NCBI RefSeq assembly: GCF_009834535.1
Contig: NC_045696.1
Coordinates: 4,962,001-5,026,000, forward strand
Origin: Camelus ferus
Taxonomy: Eukaryota
DNA length: 64,000 nucleotides
Reading direction: 5' to 3'
The notes under the pieces are model-generated. The model was not told the DNA's origin. It did not search any database and saw only the letters and a program-made list of their open reading frames with translations. Of the stretch, positions 1 through 12,570 are shown in pieces. A program made the position numbers and the translations under genes. Position 1 is the first letter of the stretch; every line of letters begins with the position of its first letter.

Positions 1-291
1 TCTCTCCTTCTTCAATAAGCTTAAAGTATATACACCAATTAACAAGACATGGGATGGATTGAAGGGGGAACAGGAATTGTAGTGCTAATATTAGCAAAGC
101 AGGAAGGAAGTCTCTCATACACATAGTTTTAAAACTTCCAGGAGGAAACCAAACCCAATCCCTCTTTCACAGTATTTACACTGAAAAGTACAGAATCTGA
201 AATGATTATTGTATTAATTTATCAAAATAAATTAGATTAAGCATATTTGCTGAAGTACAAATCAAGCCACACTTTTCATTTAGATCAATGA

Positions 292-759
<468 letters not shown>

Positions 760-869
760 TGACTGAGGAAGCCTGGCATCTATGCGGCAGATTCAACAGC
801 ACTCACCGATGGTGTTTGCTTGAAATTTGAAAATAACCAGAATTCACAAAATTTGCTGTCATTCCACTT

Positions 870-872
<3 letters not shown>

Positions 873-913
<41 letters not shown>
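873..913 (+). repeat. (AC)20 microsatellite
   Basis: Uninterrupted AC dinucleotide run about 120 nt downstream of the exon donor. Confidence 0.97.
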
Positions 914-914
<1 letters not shown>

Positions 915-2476
915 CTATAGATACCAACTATGGACTCCCCTAAACTCCAAGCCAGGTTTTATTTACCTAAAGTATGAAGCTTCCAAAAATTAGAGAAGAA
1001 ATGTGTGAATGAAGATGTGGGGGTCATCGGATTTAATTCATGAAATAGAGCGTCCCTACATTAACTCAATGTTTTTTGAGGACGAAAGTCCATGAGCTGT
1101 TGCTGTGTTGTATTTATTTTAGATAGCACTTTTTATATTATTATTTAGATTGATGACTTTTAAAAATATTTCTCAAAGCCATATATCACATTTTCTAATG
1201 TCAAAAAATAGTAGCTTTTTATATTTTTTGTTTCAGTTTTAGAAATACAGTTTTCTTACTTCCTCTCTTCTATTGAGCATTAAATCTCTCATCATTTTGG
1301 GAGGATGTTTAATAAATAATACTTAATAAATTAAGCAAAGTGTGGTAATATTTATGAAAAAATTAAGATAAGGTAGTTTAACTTGCAGAGAACTTTATCA
1401 GGGCTTGCTCACAGTGCACCTAAAATGTAAGCAGCCGTCTTACTGCAAATCCCAGTCCAGGTCGCCAGACGCCCGCTAAGGTTCACACTTACCATTTGCA
1501 ACATGAGCAGCTAGTGTTCTACAAAGTCCGTTGAGCGTTGAGCATGGATATTCTGTGATTTTATGATTCTCCAAGAACTGTGTGCATTCATCCACCAGCA
1601 CAATATTCATCCACATTGCAAAAGTAACTGGATGAAATTAAAGGTTTATATTAATGTTGATTATTTGCCTTTTAAAGTTCTTGAATATTGGGCTCTTATT
1701 GTAATTGTCAGGAGGGAATGATTTTCATGGCTTTCAGGATAGTCCATTTGTCTGAGCAGACTCTTTCTTGAGCAGTAGATTCCCATGCCTTTCCTCGGTC
1801 CTTCCACCTTGTCTCCATGATACCTCTCCTACCTTTCTGGCTGAAAAGGAATCCCCATTTTGTCTATTTGCCAACAAAAGAAAGCAAAGCATGTTTAGAA
1901 TTTACATGAAGACAGCAACTTTGTATTTGTGGAAGAGATTTTCCCTGAGTGAGTAAGTAAGAAAGATAGACACAAACTAAAGGCAGAAATGGCTTTATGC
2001 TGATAATAATTGGGATGCATGAATTTTTTCCCCATTTTTGAAGATAAATAAAAATGGAAGCCAATTTGGTACTGCTTCCCAAGGGTTTTCTCATAAGAAT
2101 TGACTCTGACTATCATCTGTGAAGGGCAAAGCAGGGAGTGCATCAGCCTGTTCCCTACATAATCTGCTCTGAAGGATCCAGGTCAGAGAACAGAAATACT
2201 AGATAAAAATATCCTTGGATATTCTTTGAATCTCTTGCTTTGGCAGGAAAGGCAACCAGGCTTTTTTGACTGAGAGAAAGGTCAGTTGAACTGAAATTGA
2301 GCCTGGCCATTCAGGATGATGCAGTTTGTGTCCATGTTGTTCTTCAAATCTGTTAAGTAAGCGTCTATGAAATTAATGTTAAATCACTAGGTAGCTAATA
2401 TAGTCCCGAGAAAGAAAATGTGCTTCACAAGCAGGTCAGTGACTAGATAAGGAGTCAAGGGCAAGATGATGTGGGG

Positions 2477-2852
2477 CAGCGGTTCTTGATCTGGACTTCA
2501 CCATAAGATCTCCTGAGAGATTTATGAAAACATTGATGACTATTTTCTGGTCCTAACTAGGCCAAGTTAAATCCTAATCTTTGAGTATAGATCTATCTCC
2601 CAGATCTCTGGGGCGTTTTTTTTTTTTCAATTCAAAACTCCCCTGTTAGTGGTTCTCAAGTTTTGTCACACATTAGAATTATGTGGGGAGCTTTAAAAAA
2701 TTCTTGATGTCCAGGTTGAAGTTCAATTAAATAAACATCTTTAGAGGTGAGACCCAGGTACCAGGAATTTCCCCAAGTTGAATCTAATATGCAGCTAAGT
2801 TTAAGTCTAAGCACCCTGCATAATTTGAATATGCAGCTATTTTAGAAGTCTG
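2477..2852. mobile_element. Two MER5A1-like hAT-Charlie MITEs, apparently nested
   Basis: Two starts (cagcggttcttga at 2477, tagtggttctcaag at 2647) and two 'aatatgcagcta' end segments resembling the MER5A1 consensus as recalled. Confidence 0.6.
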
Positions 2853-2999
2853 GATTTTTTTTTCTAAATGCAAAGAGAGGCCATTTGTACCTTTAACGAG
2901 GCCTGATTTATGTTTTTAATTATCACACTAGCAGCTGTCCAGAAAGCAAGGATAGTGAGTAAGAGGCTATTTCAGAAATTGAGGCAAGATAAATAGTGC

Positions 3000-3770
3000 C
3001 TTGAATGAGGGTGGTCATGGTCAAGGTAATGAGAAACAGTTGAATATAAAATACTGTTTTGGAGGCAAAGCAAACAAAAAGTGTATAAGGTGAATGTAGC
3101 AAGTGAGAGAAAGAGGAATCCTTAACTGAAGCACATATTTTGCCTAATAAGGTAAATGTGAAAGTGTCTTCAGTGCAAGTGGAGAAGATGCAAAAAGTAG
3201 CAGTTGTCCCAAGGGAAACAATGATATGGAAGAAACAAGAGGGTCTAGACCTAAGGCATTTCAAAATTTAAAATTTCAGAATAAGAGGAGGAGTCAGCAA
3301 AGGAAACAGGGAGAAGGAGAAGCCAGTGAAGTAAGAAAAAATCCAGTGGACTCTGGGCCCCTGAAAGCAAAACGGGAAATATAGCAAGGAAGATAGGTAA
3401 TAAAGTATATCAAGTCCCACTGAAAGTAGAAAAAGAGGAAAATCAATATTGGTCAGAGTTTTAGGAAGAAGGATATTGTTTGTGAACTTGCAGAGTGGCG
3501 TGGCTGCAGTGAATGCCTGATTACTGGGCTTGAGGAAAGAAAGGGAGGTAAATGAATGTGTGGAAACTGAATAAAATATGACTATTTTTACATTTTCGGG
3601 AATGTTGCAATGACAGGAGGAAGAAAAATGGACAGGAAATTAGAGATGGACATGAGACAAAAGAAGCTTACACACTGATGGGAATGAGCCAATAGACAGG
3701 GAAAAAATGTAGCAGGATAAAGAGAGAATTATAGGACCCGAGTCCTTGAGTTAGTGAATTGGGTTCTTTG
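3000..3770 (-). mobile_element. Degraded L2 LINE fragment
   Basis: Purine-rich + strand with L2-like phrases, e.g. agaaaaaatccagtgga...gaaagcaaaacgggaaa. Confidence 0.45.
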
Positions 3771-3929
3771 CACCGGTGGATTAAGTCCACTACACTAGTT
3801 TAGAATAGTAATAACCATGTTAGGTCTCCAGAAGTTAGAACCAACAGAAATGGCAGGAAATTTCAGGGAGACAGATTTGGGTCAAGTAACTTAAAAGATA
3901 AATTTAAAATTTATTGAATGGGGTCATCA

Positions 3930-6900
3930 GAGAGTAACATATAATGGATTTATTCTCCTACCATAAATGATTATAAAACTGGACAAAAATTTATAAAGTA
4001 ACCATTTCAGGCAGTGAAACAGGGAGCTGTGATCTTTGAGAGGAAAGGTGTGTTTGAGTTAAGCTCCAAATTCACCCCAGATTTCTTCCTGGTGCACTTT
4101 CCAAACCACAGTACAGGGATGCAGAGCCCAAATGGATAATAGTGATATTTTTGGTGAAGAAAACCAAAGATAGAAAGAACTTTTGAGGCCCTGGATATTG
4201 AAGGGCAGAGTGCTAGAGAGTAGGGAGCTGTTCAAAGAAATATTTCTAAAAAAAATCTGTATAAGGCTCCCTTTGAGTCTTTAGCTGAATACCACACTTC
4301 ATGTACATAGGATGAGATGCTATGAAATCTAGCAGAGAACAACTGCCAAGAGTATGTGAGATGAATAAAGACTCCAGAAGTTGCACAGTGTTGAGAAATG
4401 TTGGAGTTCTGACTAGCCAGAGTAGAGAACACATGGAGAATTCAGTTGAAATTTTGGAGAGGTCACACTATAGAAGAAGGCCAAATCTAGTCCTGGAATA
4501 AGAGCTACTCTAGATCAGCCCTAATAAAAAACGCAAAGGTCACCTTGACAGAATAAAACTTCTTCACCAGTAAATTAATTTTCTGCAAGAAGAATATTCA
4601 ACACTCTTAAACGGAAGACAACAAAACACAGACTCTCAATATCATAGCATATACACAATGCTTTGCACATAATTACTGGGTATGAGAAAAAACAGGAAAA
4701 TGTGAGCCATAAATAAAAGGAAAAAAAATAAAAGAAACTGATTAATGGAGACACAGATGTTGGAATTAGCAGGCAAGGCTTTAAAGTAGCTTTCATAAAC
4801 ATTTTCAGAAATTCAAATGAAAAGATGTGTGCAATAAGTGAATACATAGGGAATGCAAGGAGAGAAGTGTAAAACACTTTTTTTCAAAAGAACCAGAAGG
4901 AAACTATAGATCTGAAAAAAACACAATCTGAAATGAAAAATTAGCTGGATATATTTAGTTAGATATTGGACACTACAGAACAAAGGATAACTGAACTTGA
5001 AAAGAGGGCAAGAGAAATATATATATATATTTTTTTTTTTTTGCAGACTGAAAATGGTAAGCAATGCCTCAGTGAACTTGGAGAAATGTCAAGAGTCTGA
5101 TATAAATATAGTTATAGTCTCAGACAAAGGGCAGGAAAAAACATATCTAAGTAATAATGACTTGAAAATTTTCAAATGTGATGAAAAATATTAATCTACA
5201 GATCTAAATGATTAATGAAACCCAAGGAAAAAAAGCATGAAGAAAAACCATGCCATAGCACATCATAATCAAATTGTTAAAAACTAATGATAAAATATTA
5301 AAAGCAGCCAGAGAAATTAGACTCATTACATACAAGGGAACCAGGGAAGAAAACTTCAGACTAGGCGTCCAAAACAATTCAAGCCAGAAGAGAATGGAAC
5401 AGTATTTTTAAAGGGCTAAAAGGAGGAGATGGCAGAGGAAACAAACTGCCAACCTAGGATTCTATAATCAGGAAAAAATTCTTCAAAAATAAAGGATAAA
5501 TAAGGCATTTTGGGACAAGCAAAGGTTGCGAGAATTAATTACTAATGAAAGCTCAATACAATAAATATTGAAGAATTTTCTTGCACTAAAAGAAACAATT
5601 CCAGACAGAAATTTTGATAGTCAAGAAGAATGAAGATCTCTAGATGTGATAAATTTATGGCTAAGATAAAAGACATTTTATTTCCTTTGAAAATATTTAG
5701 ATGTTTAAATAGTAATAATTTATTGTGGGATTTATAACATGAAAATAAAATATACAAATAATAATAACAGAAGGTACAGGAAGAAAGAAAATGGAATTTT
5801 ACTATTCCAAAATTCTTCCTACATTATACATAACGTGGTATAATATTATTTGAACATAGATTTTGTTAATTAAGTATGTACAGTGTAAATTCTTGAGCAC
5901 TGATCAAAAATGAAACAAATAGGCATAGCTATTATACAGAACAGATAAAAGAACATTAAAATTGCTCAATTAAACAGACTATAGGAAAGAAGAGAACAGG
6001 TAACAAGAGTTGGAAAAAAATGTAAAAGAAATAAGTAGATGGAAAAAGTAAACATAACCATATCAATACCTGCATTAAGTATAAATGGACTAAATATACC
6101 AATTGAAAAGCAAAGACTGACAATCTAAAAGCAAGATTCAAGTATCTGCTGCTATACTTCAAATATAAAGATATAAAAAATTTCAAGTAAAATGATATAA
6201 AACACCAATCAAAGAATCTTGATTGGATGTGTTAGTATTAGATGAAATAAATCTTTTAACAAGGAATATTACTAAAAGCAAATAAGGATTTGTTATAATA
6301 ATAAAATGGTAAGTTCATCAGAAAGACATAAAAACCTAAATATGTATGCACCTAATAGCAGAAGTCCAAACACATGATACAAATTCTGGTAATCATCAGT
6401 AACAGTTGGGTTTTAAACAGTCCTTCCTCAGTATTTGGTAGAGCAAGGAGACAGAAAATCAGTAAGAATGGGGAAGATTTAAAGAACACTATCAACCAAT
6501 GTAACTTAATTGATGTTTATAGAATGTTATACCCAACAACTGCAGAATACGTATGTAGATGTCTGATCACCCAAACAGTAAGACAATAATTTGTGTGAAT
6601 TTTATTTTAATTTATTGCAGCATCCATAGAAAACTAATACAAAGACAAACATTACTATAGTTTCTGCATACATTAATTAAAAGGATAATAAAGAAATACT
6701 TTGGAGAATTTTATGCCAATATATTTCATAATTTAGATCAAATGGTCAATGATTTGAATGATACAACTTATCAAAATGGACATGAGATAAAAGAGAAAAT
6801 CAGAATAGCCCTACATCTGTCATAAGAAAACTGAAAGTCAAGATAGCTTCATTGATAAATCCTAACAGACGTTTAAGAAGAAATAATAACACTCATCTAC

Positions 6901-8030
6901 AAATTCCTTCAGATAAAGGATAAGGAAGAGTTCCCAAATTGGTTTATGATACAACATAACTCTAATATAAAAAGTTGCGAAGACATTACCCAGAAAAATT
7001 TATACAAATTTATACATGTTTCTCATAAATATAGATGCAAAAACTTTAACATACTAACATATTAAATTAGCACTATAATCAGAGGATAGCATATAGTGAG
7101 AAAGTGGGCTTTATCATCAGATTGCCATTTTGGTGTAATATTTAAAAATTAATCAGTAGAAATCACCATACTAACACAATAAAGTAGAAAAGTCACAAAC
7201 ATGAATAAAATAGATGAAAAGAATTTTCCAGAATTCAACATCTATCCCTGATTAAAAAAGAAAAAACAAACTCTCAAGCAAGTAATAGAAGGTTAACAGT
7301 CTCAATATAATAAAAGATACCTATGAAGAACCATAGTGTCTTACACTTTTTATCCTCATGTTTATGAGCAAGATAAGCATGTCTGCTCTTAACATTTCTA
7401 TTCAGCATTGTTCTCAAGGTCATAGCCTTTGCACTTGGCAAGAAAAAGAAATAAGGGATAACATTTTTAATGGTAGGCATAAATGTACTTACATTTGCTG
7501 AGGGCATAGATATGTACAGAAAAATGTTATGAAATTTACCAATGCACAAAGGAAAAAAAGAAAGGAATTGAAGTGTATCAATACAGAAAAAAAAAAACAG
7601 AAAAAAGGAAGACAGAGAGGAAAAGAGAGACAAGAGAACAAAACAAACAAAAAAATTTTGATAATGGCAATGGTAAATTTTTACCTATCAAGAATTACTT
7701 TAAATGTAAATAGAACAGACTGCTGAAATACCCAGAACATTCATGAATGCTGAGTAAAAGAAGCCAGAGCAAAAAGAGTAACATATTCTAAGATTCTCTT
7801 TGTAAGAATAAAATAGGAAACTATTTAATGAATGTACAAATCTGAATAGTAGTTGCTACTGCAAAGGGAGATGGGCAATTGATAAGGAGTGGACATGAGG
7901 AAACTTTCCGGGAGTATAGAAATATTCTAAATCTTAATAAGGGTGTGGGTTTCACAGATTTGTGCAAAACCTATCAAACTGTACACTTAAAGCCTGTGCA
8001 TATTACTATATATAAATTGCATCTCAGTTT
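3930..8030 (+). mobile_element. Old L1 (L1M/L1MC/L1ME type): 5'UTR, ORF1, fragmented ORF2 and 3' end
   Basis: A-rich + strand; ORF1 remnants (cacatcataatcaaattgttaaaaactaatgataa, aagccagaagagaatgg), endonuclease remnants (tatgtatgcacctaata; peptide EDLKNTINQCNLIDVYRMLYPTTAEY) and an L1 3' end (aaactgtacacttaaa). Confidence 0.8.
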
Positions 8031-8055
8031 TTAAAATTTAAAAATTAAAAAAAAA

Positions 8056-11000
8056 TTTTTTATATTTATTGAGTAATAGTCATTTTACAATGTTGTGTCA
8101 AATTCTAGTGTAGAGCACAATTTTTCAGTTATACATGAACATATATATATTCATTGTCACATTTTTTTTCCACTATGAGCTACCACAAGATCTTGTATGT
8201 ATTTCCCTGTGCTATACAGTATAATCTTGTTTGTCTATTCTGCATTTTAAAATCCCAGTCTGTCCCTTCCCATCCCCCGCCCCCTTGGCAACCACAAGTT
8301 TGTATTCTATGTGTATGAGTTTGTTTCTGTTTTATATTTATGTTTTGCTTTGTTTTTTTAGATTCCTCATATAAGCGATCTCATATGGTATTTTTCTCTT
8401 TCTGGCTTACTTCACTTAGAATGACATTCTCCAGGGACATCCATGTTGCTGCAAATGGCATTATGTTGTTGGTTTTTGTGGCTGACTAGTATTCTATTGT
8501 ATAAATGTAGCACTTCTTCTTCATCCGGTCATCTGCTGATGGACATTTAAGCTGTTTCCATGTCTTGGCTATTGTAAATAGTGCTGCTATTAACATTGGG
8601 ATGCAGGTGTCATTTTGAAGTAGGGTTCCTTCTGGATATATGCCCAGGAGTGGGATTCCTGGGTCACATGGTAAGTCAATTCCTAGTCTTTTGAGGAATC
8701 TCCATACTGTTTTCCACAGTGGCTTTCCTTGCTTCCCTCTCCCACTCTTAATGATTTAGATGTCTTCTTTTACAATTTTGTGTTTATTCTATTTGGAATT
8801 CATGGTAGTTACCACCTTTCCAGTTATGAGTTTCTCATTTTTGTAGCATCCTGCTGCTTTTCTATTTAGAGTAGACCTGTCAATATTTTTTTAGCATGGG
8901 TTTAGTGTTGCTAAACTCTTTTAGTTTTTGCTTGTCTGTGAAGTTCTTTATCTCTCCTTCTATTCTAAAGGATGGCTTTGCTGGATAGAGTATCCTAGCC
9001 TGCATCATTTTTTCATTCAGGACTTTGAATGTATCTTGCCACTCCTTTCTGGCCTGTAGTGTTTGTGTAGAGAAATCAGCTGAGCGCCTTATGGGGGTTC
9101 CCTTGTAACTCACTCTTTGTTTTTCTCTTGCTGCCTTTAGGATCATTTCTTTATCCTTGACTCTGGCCATCTTGATTATATGTCTTGGGGTGGGTCTGTC
9201 TGGGTTCTTCCTGTTTGGGACCCTCTGAGCCTCCTGTACTTGGATATCTGATTCTTTCTTTAGGTTTGGGAAGTTTTCAGTTATGATTTCTTCCAATACC
9301 TTTTCAATCCCCTTTGTTCTTTCTTCCCCTTCTGGAACCCCTGTTATGCACAGATTGGCACACTTTATATTATCCCATAGGTCCCTTATATCATTTTCAT
9401 TGTTTTTTATTTGTTTTTCCCTCAGCTGTTCTGATTGGGTGCTTTCTGTTGTCCTGTCTTCTAGGTCACTTATTCGTTCTTTTGCATTATCTAGCCTGCT
9501 TTGTACAGCCTTTAGGTCAGCTCTTATCTCAGCAAATGAGTTTACTCATTCTACTTGGCTCTTGTTTATAGCTTCAACTTCATTTTGACATATTTTATAT
9601 CTCTAAATACTGTTTCTTTTAGTTCCTTCAGTACTTTTATCACTTCTTTTTTGAAATCTTGATCTAGTAGGCCATCAATGTCTATTTCCTTAATCGTGCT
9701 TTCAGGGGATTTCTCTTGCTCTTTTAATTGGGAGTGATTCCTCTGCTTCTTCATATTGCTCATATCTCTCTGGCACTGTGGCTTAAGGAGTATCAGTTAT
9801 CTAGTTCTCCTGGAGATGATGTGCTCTTAATGATTTTATCAAGAGGTCTTTGTGTCTTTGCCCTGTTTCACGAACTGAGCTTGCTGTTTCCAGAGGCCCT
9901 TTGTTGGCACCCTTGTGTGTACTGCTCTCAGTGGCTGTCAGCTAACAGATCATGCCCCCTCCCAACACTGGGTCAGGTACTGAGCTCTTACCCGGTGGGC
10001 GGGTGTGTCACTCCCCCTCCCGATGCCACAGTCAGATGCTGTGCTCTGACGAGGCAGGTGGGTGGATCATGCCCCCTCCCAGGACCGGGATCATGTGCTG
10101 CATTCCTGCCAGGAAGGTGGGTGGCCGCCTGCCCTCTCCCGGTGCCTGTTGCTCTGCTGCTCTATGCAGCTTCCCACTCTGCTTTGCGTCAGTGCTCGAG
10201 AGGTGGGCTTGGGGAAGACCGCGGAACAGCTCCACCCCTGCTCCGTGCCAAATCTCAGCTCCTTGTTTGTCTTGGCAGCGCGAGTTCTCTGAGGTGCCAG
10301 GGCAGAAAGATCCTATCTGCCTTGGGCTGTAAACAAGTCTCAGTCCTGCCTAGGAGGTTGCGGAGCCCCTGGGTGCGGATTCAGGTCTTGGCCCTGCACC
10401 TGCCCAGGCGTGCGCACAGGAGGAGATGGCAGCTCTGGCTGCGCCCCATCTCTCTTCTCGCTAGAAGCACCAGTAATGGCGGTGCAGGTCTGAGGAGACA
10501 AAGGCTACAGTGCCCCTTCCCCCAGGGCACACAAGCCGTGTTGCTTTGCTTTTTTCGCAATTTATAGGGAACTGAGGTTGTTTTGTTCGGTATCCCCTCC
10601 CAGCCACGGCGTGCAGCACCCTGCAGTCCCCTGGGGCTGCCTCAGTGCAGCCGCCCCAACCTCCGCCCAGCTCAGGCAGCCTGTCCTGGCCCCAGCTGCT
10701 GGCTCGCATCTCGGGCTGGGTGTCATTGGGACCCTTTGTGCCGTTCAACTTAGTTTTGTTGGTCAAGGGGTGCTCGGGACTGATCTGAGCCTTGGAGGAT
10801 CCCCCTTCGCCCCGCTGGCCTCTCCGTCAGAGAGGGGAGACCCAGTGAACGAGCGCCAGTCCTCCTTTGCTGCTCCCTCCCCGTGGGATCAGTCTCACAC
10901 TGTTTTGCTTTTTCTTCTTTCTTTTTTCCTTTTCTCCTACCAGATTTTTGGCATCTTTGTCTTTCAAAGAGAGTGATGTTATGTCGGAGTTCGGCAGGTG

Positions 11001-11100
11001 CTCTGGTTGGCTGAGTAGGTCTGTAGATGTGAGTTTTGGTGTATTTGTGGGGGAGAGTGAGCTACAAGTGTCCTTCTACTCCAGCATCTTGCTTCCCCCT
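8056..11100 (-). mobile_element. Young lineage-specific L1 with intact 5'UTR, frameshifted ORF1 and 3' end, but ORF2 almost entirely missing
   Basis: ORF1p peptides at 9566-9763 and 8880-9296 (EEIITENFPNL...PTPRHII...ARILYPAK); GC-rich 5'UTR about 9770-11100; 3' region matches the copy at 35161; TSD agtttttaaaattt at 8026-8039 and 11103-11116. Confidence 0.92.
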
Positions 11101-11999
11101 CTAGTTTTTAAAATTTTTAAATATAAATTTTCTAATGTTCAAAACCCTTCAAAAATGAAATAATGAAATAATTTGCTTTGCAAAATACTAACTTTCCTAC
11201 CAGCAGAGGAGACATCATTTACCAAAAGCTAAACTATGTTTTGAAAGGAATTGTATGAAAGGTGTAGGTGTCATAGGTTAGTGGCTGATCTCAGTAAATA
11301 GGAGCTTTGCTTCTGGCATTAATGCTCAGTGACTTAAAATTAAAGGCTCTTATTTGCACTCCTCCCTCACAGGCTGTATCGTATTTTATAACACATATGG
11401 AAAATATTCTAGTTTCAGCATGACTTTAGGTAAATGTATCTATTTGTTAATTCTATTTAATAACATAAATAAGGCACATGAGGTATACAGCTTCCCTTAA
11501 TCCATGCTGCAGTGGAGATGGGTTTATGATTCATCGGATTAAAATTTAAACCTGGCCCAATTCTTGAGCTCATGTTGTAAAAATACCATAATGGATCATC
11601 ATTCTGATTTCAGAAAATCAATCACCTTTAAATTCACCTTAATAAAGTCAAGGCAGCTTTCTTTGAGCCTACGTCTAATTACAGTTGGCATGGCAATGGC
11701 TAAAATGAGTTAATTAAATAAAGGTTACAAGACAGTCTTAACTCTCTAATGAAGTGTTCTCTATTTTAAAGTCCTTATCTGTAGCATTTTATTTTGCTTG
11801 TTTTTTCAGAAACTTCCCAATCCCATGAGTTTGATGTTTTCTTGTGTTTTACTTGCCTGCAAAAGAAAAAAAAAAATTACTAAGCATTACCTCTTCAAAG
11901 CATCAGTGGGTAGATACAAATATAATCTTTAACCCCACTCCCAATACACTGCATTTGTTCTGTCCTTCATTACTTCATCTTTCCCTTGTTCTATCATGA

Positions 12000-12570
12000 A
12001 GCAACAAAGTATTTAGCACATACTCCTAACTGGCGGTCCTCGGGGTGGTTGCTGAGATGAGAAAAGCTCATTTCCTCCCGTTGAGAACTCCTGCTCCAGT
12101 GGGAGTGAGGCAGATTCAGGAAGGGAGGGAAGGATCCTGAAGGACTGGAAAATACAGCAAATAGTTAAGAAGAGAAAAAGGAAGATAACACATTCCTGGA
12201 AGAAGATCTATTACCTGCAATGGTAGGAAGGCTTGACAGAGCAGATACGTTTATTTCCCTGTGTCTGATGGAATGGTGTGGCTAGGGAGCAAAATGAGGA
12301 AGGATGAGACTTCGGAGCTAACTCTGGTCCACATCTTGAAGGTTTTCTGTCCTAGGAAAGAAATGAAGAATGAAGTGATCTAAAGCAGAAAAATCATATG
12401 GTCCATCGCAGGACACATCATGCATTGGAATAAAATGAGACCAGAAGCACAAAAGCCTGAAGGGACGTCTTTTTAGTCCACATGAGAAGTGGTGGTGATC
12501 GGAGCTAAGGTGGTCCTAGTAGGGATGGCAAGGATGGGCAAAATCAGAAGATACTGCGCAGGATCTAATG
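12000..12570 (-). mobile_element. Degraded L2 fragment
   Basis: Begins caacaaagtatttagcacatact, an L2 3'-end pattern, followed by purine-rich L2-like sequence. Confidence 0.45.

Noticed and set aside
9728..10567. 279-aa + strand ORF, the longest in the window; possible ORF0-like antisense L1 protein
   Set aside because: Starts at TTG, lies in GC-rich stop-poor L1 5'UTR sequence, and has no recognisable domain.
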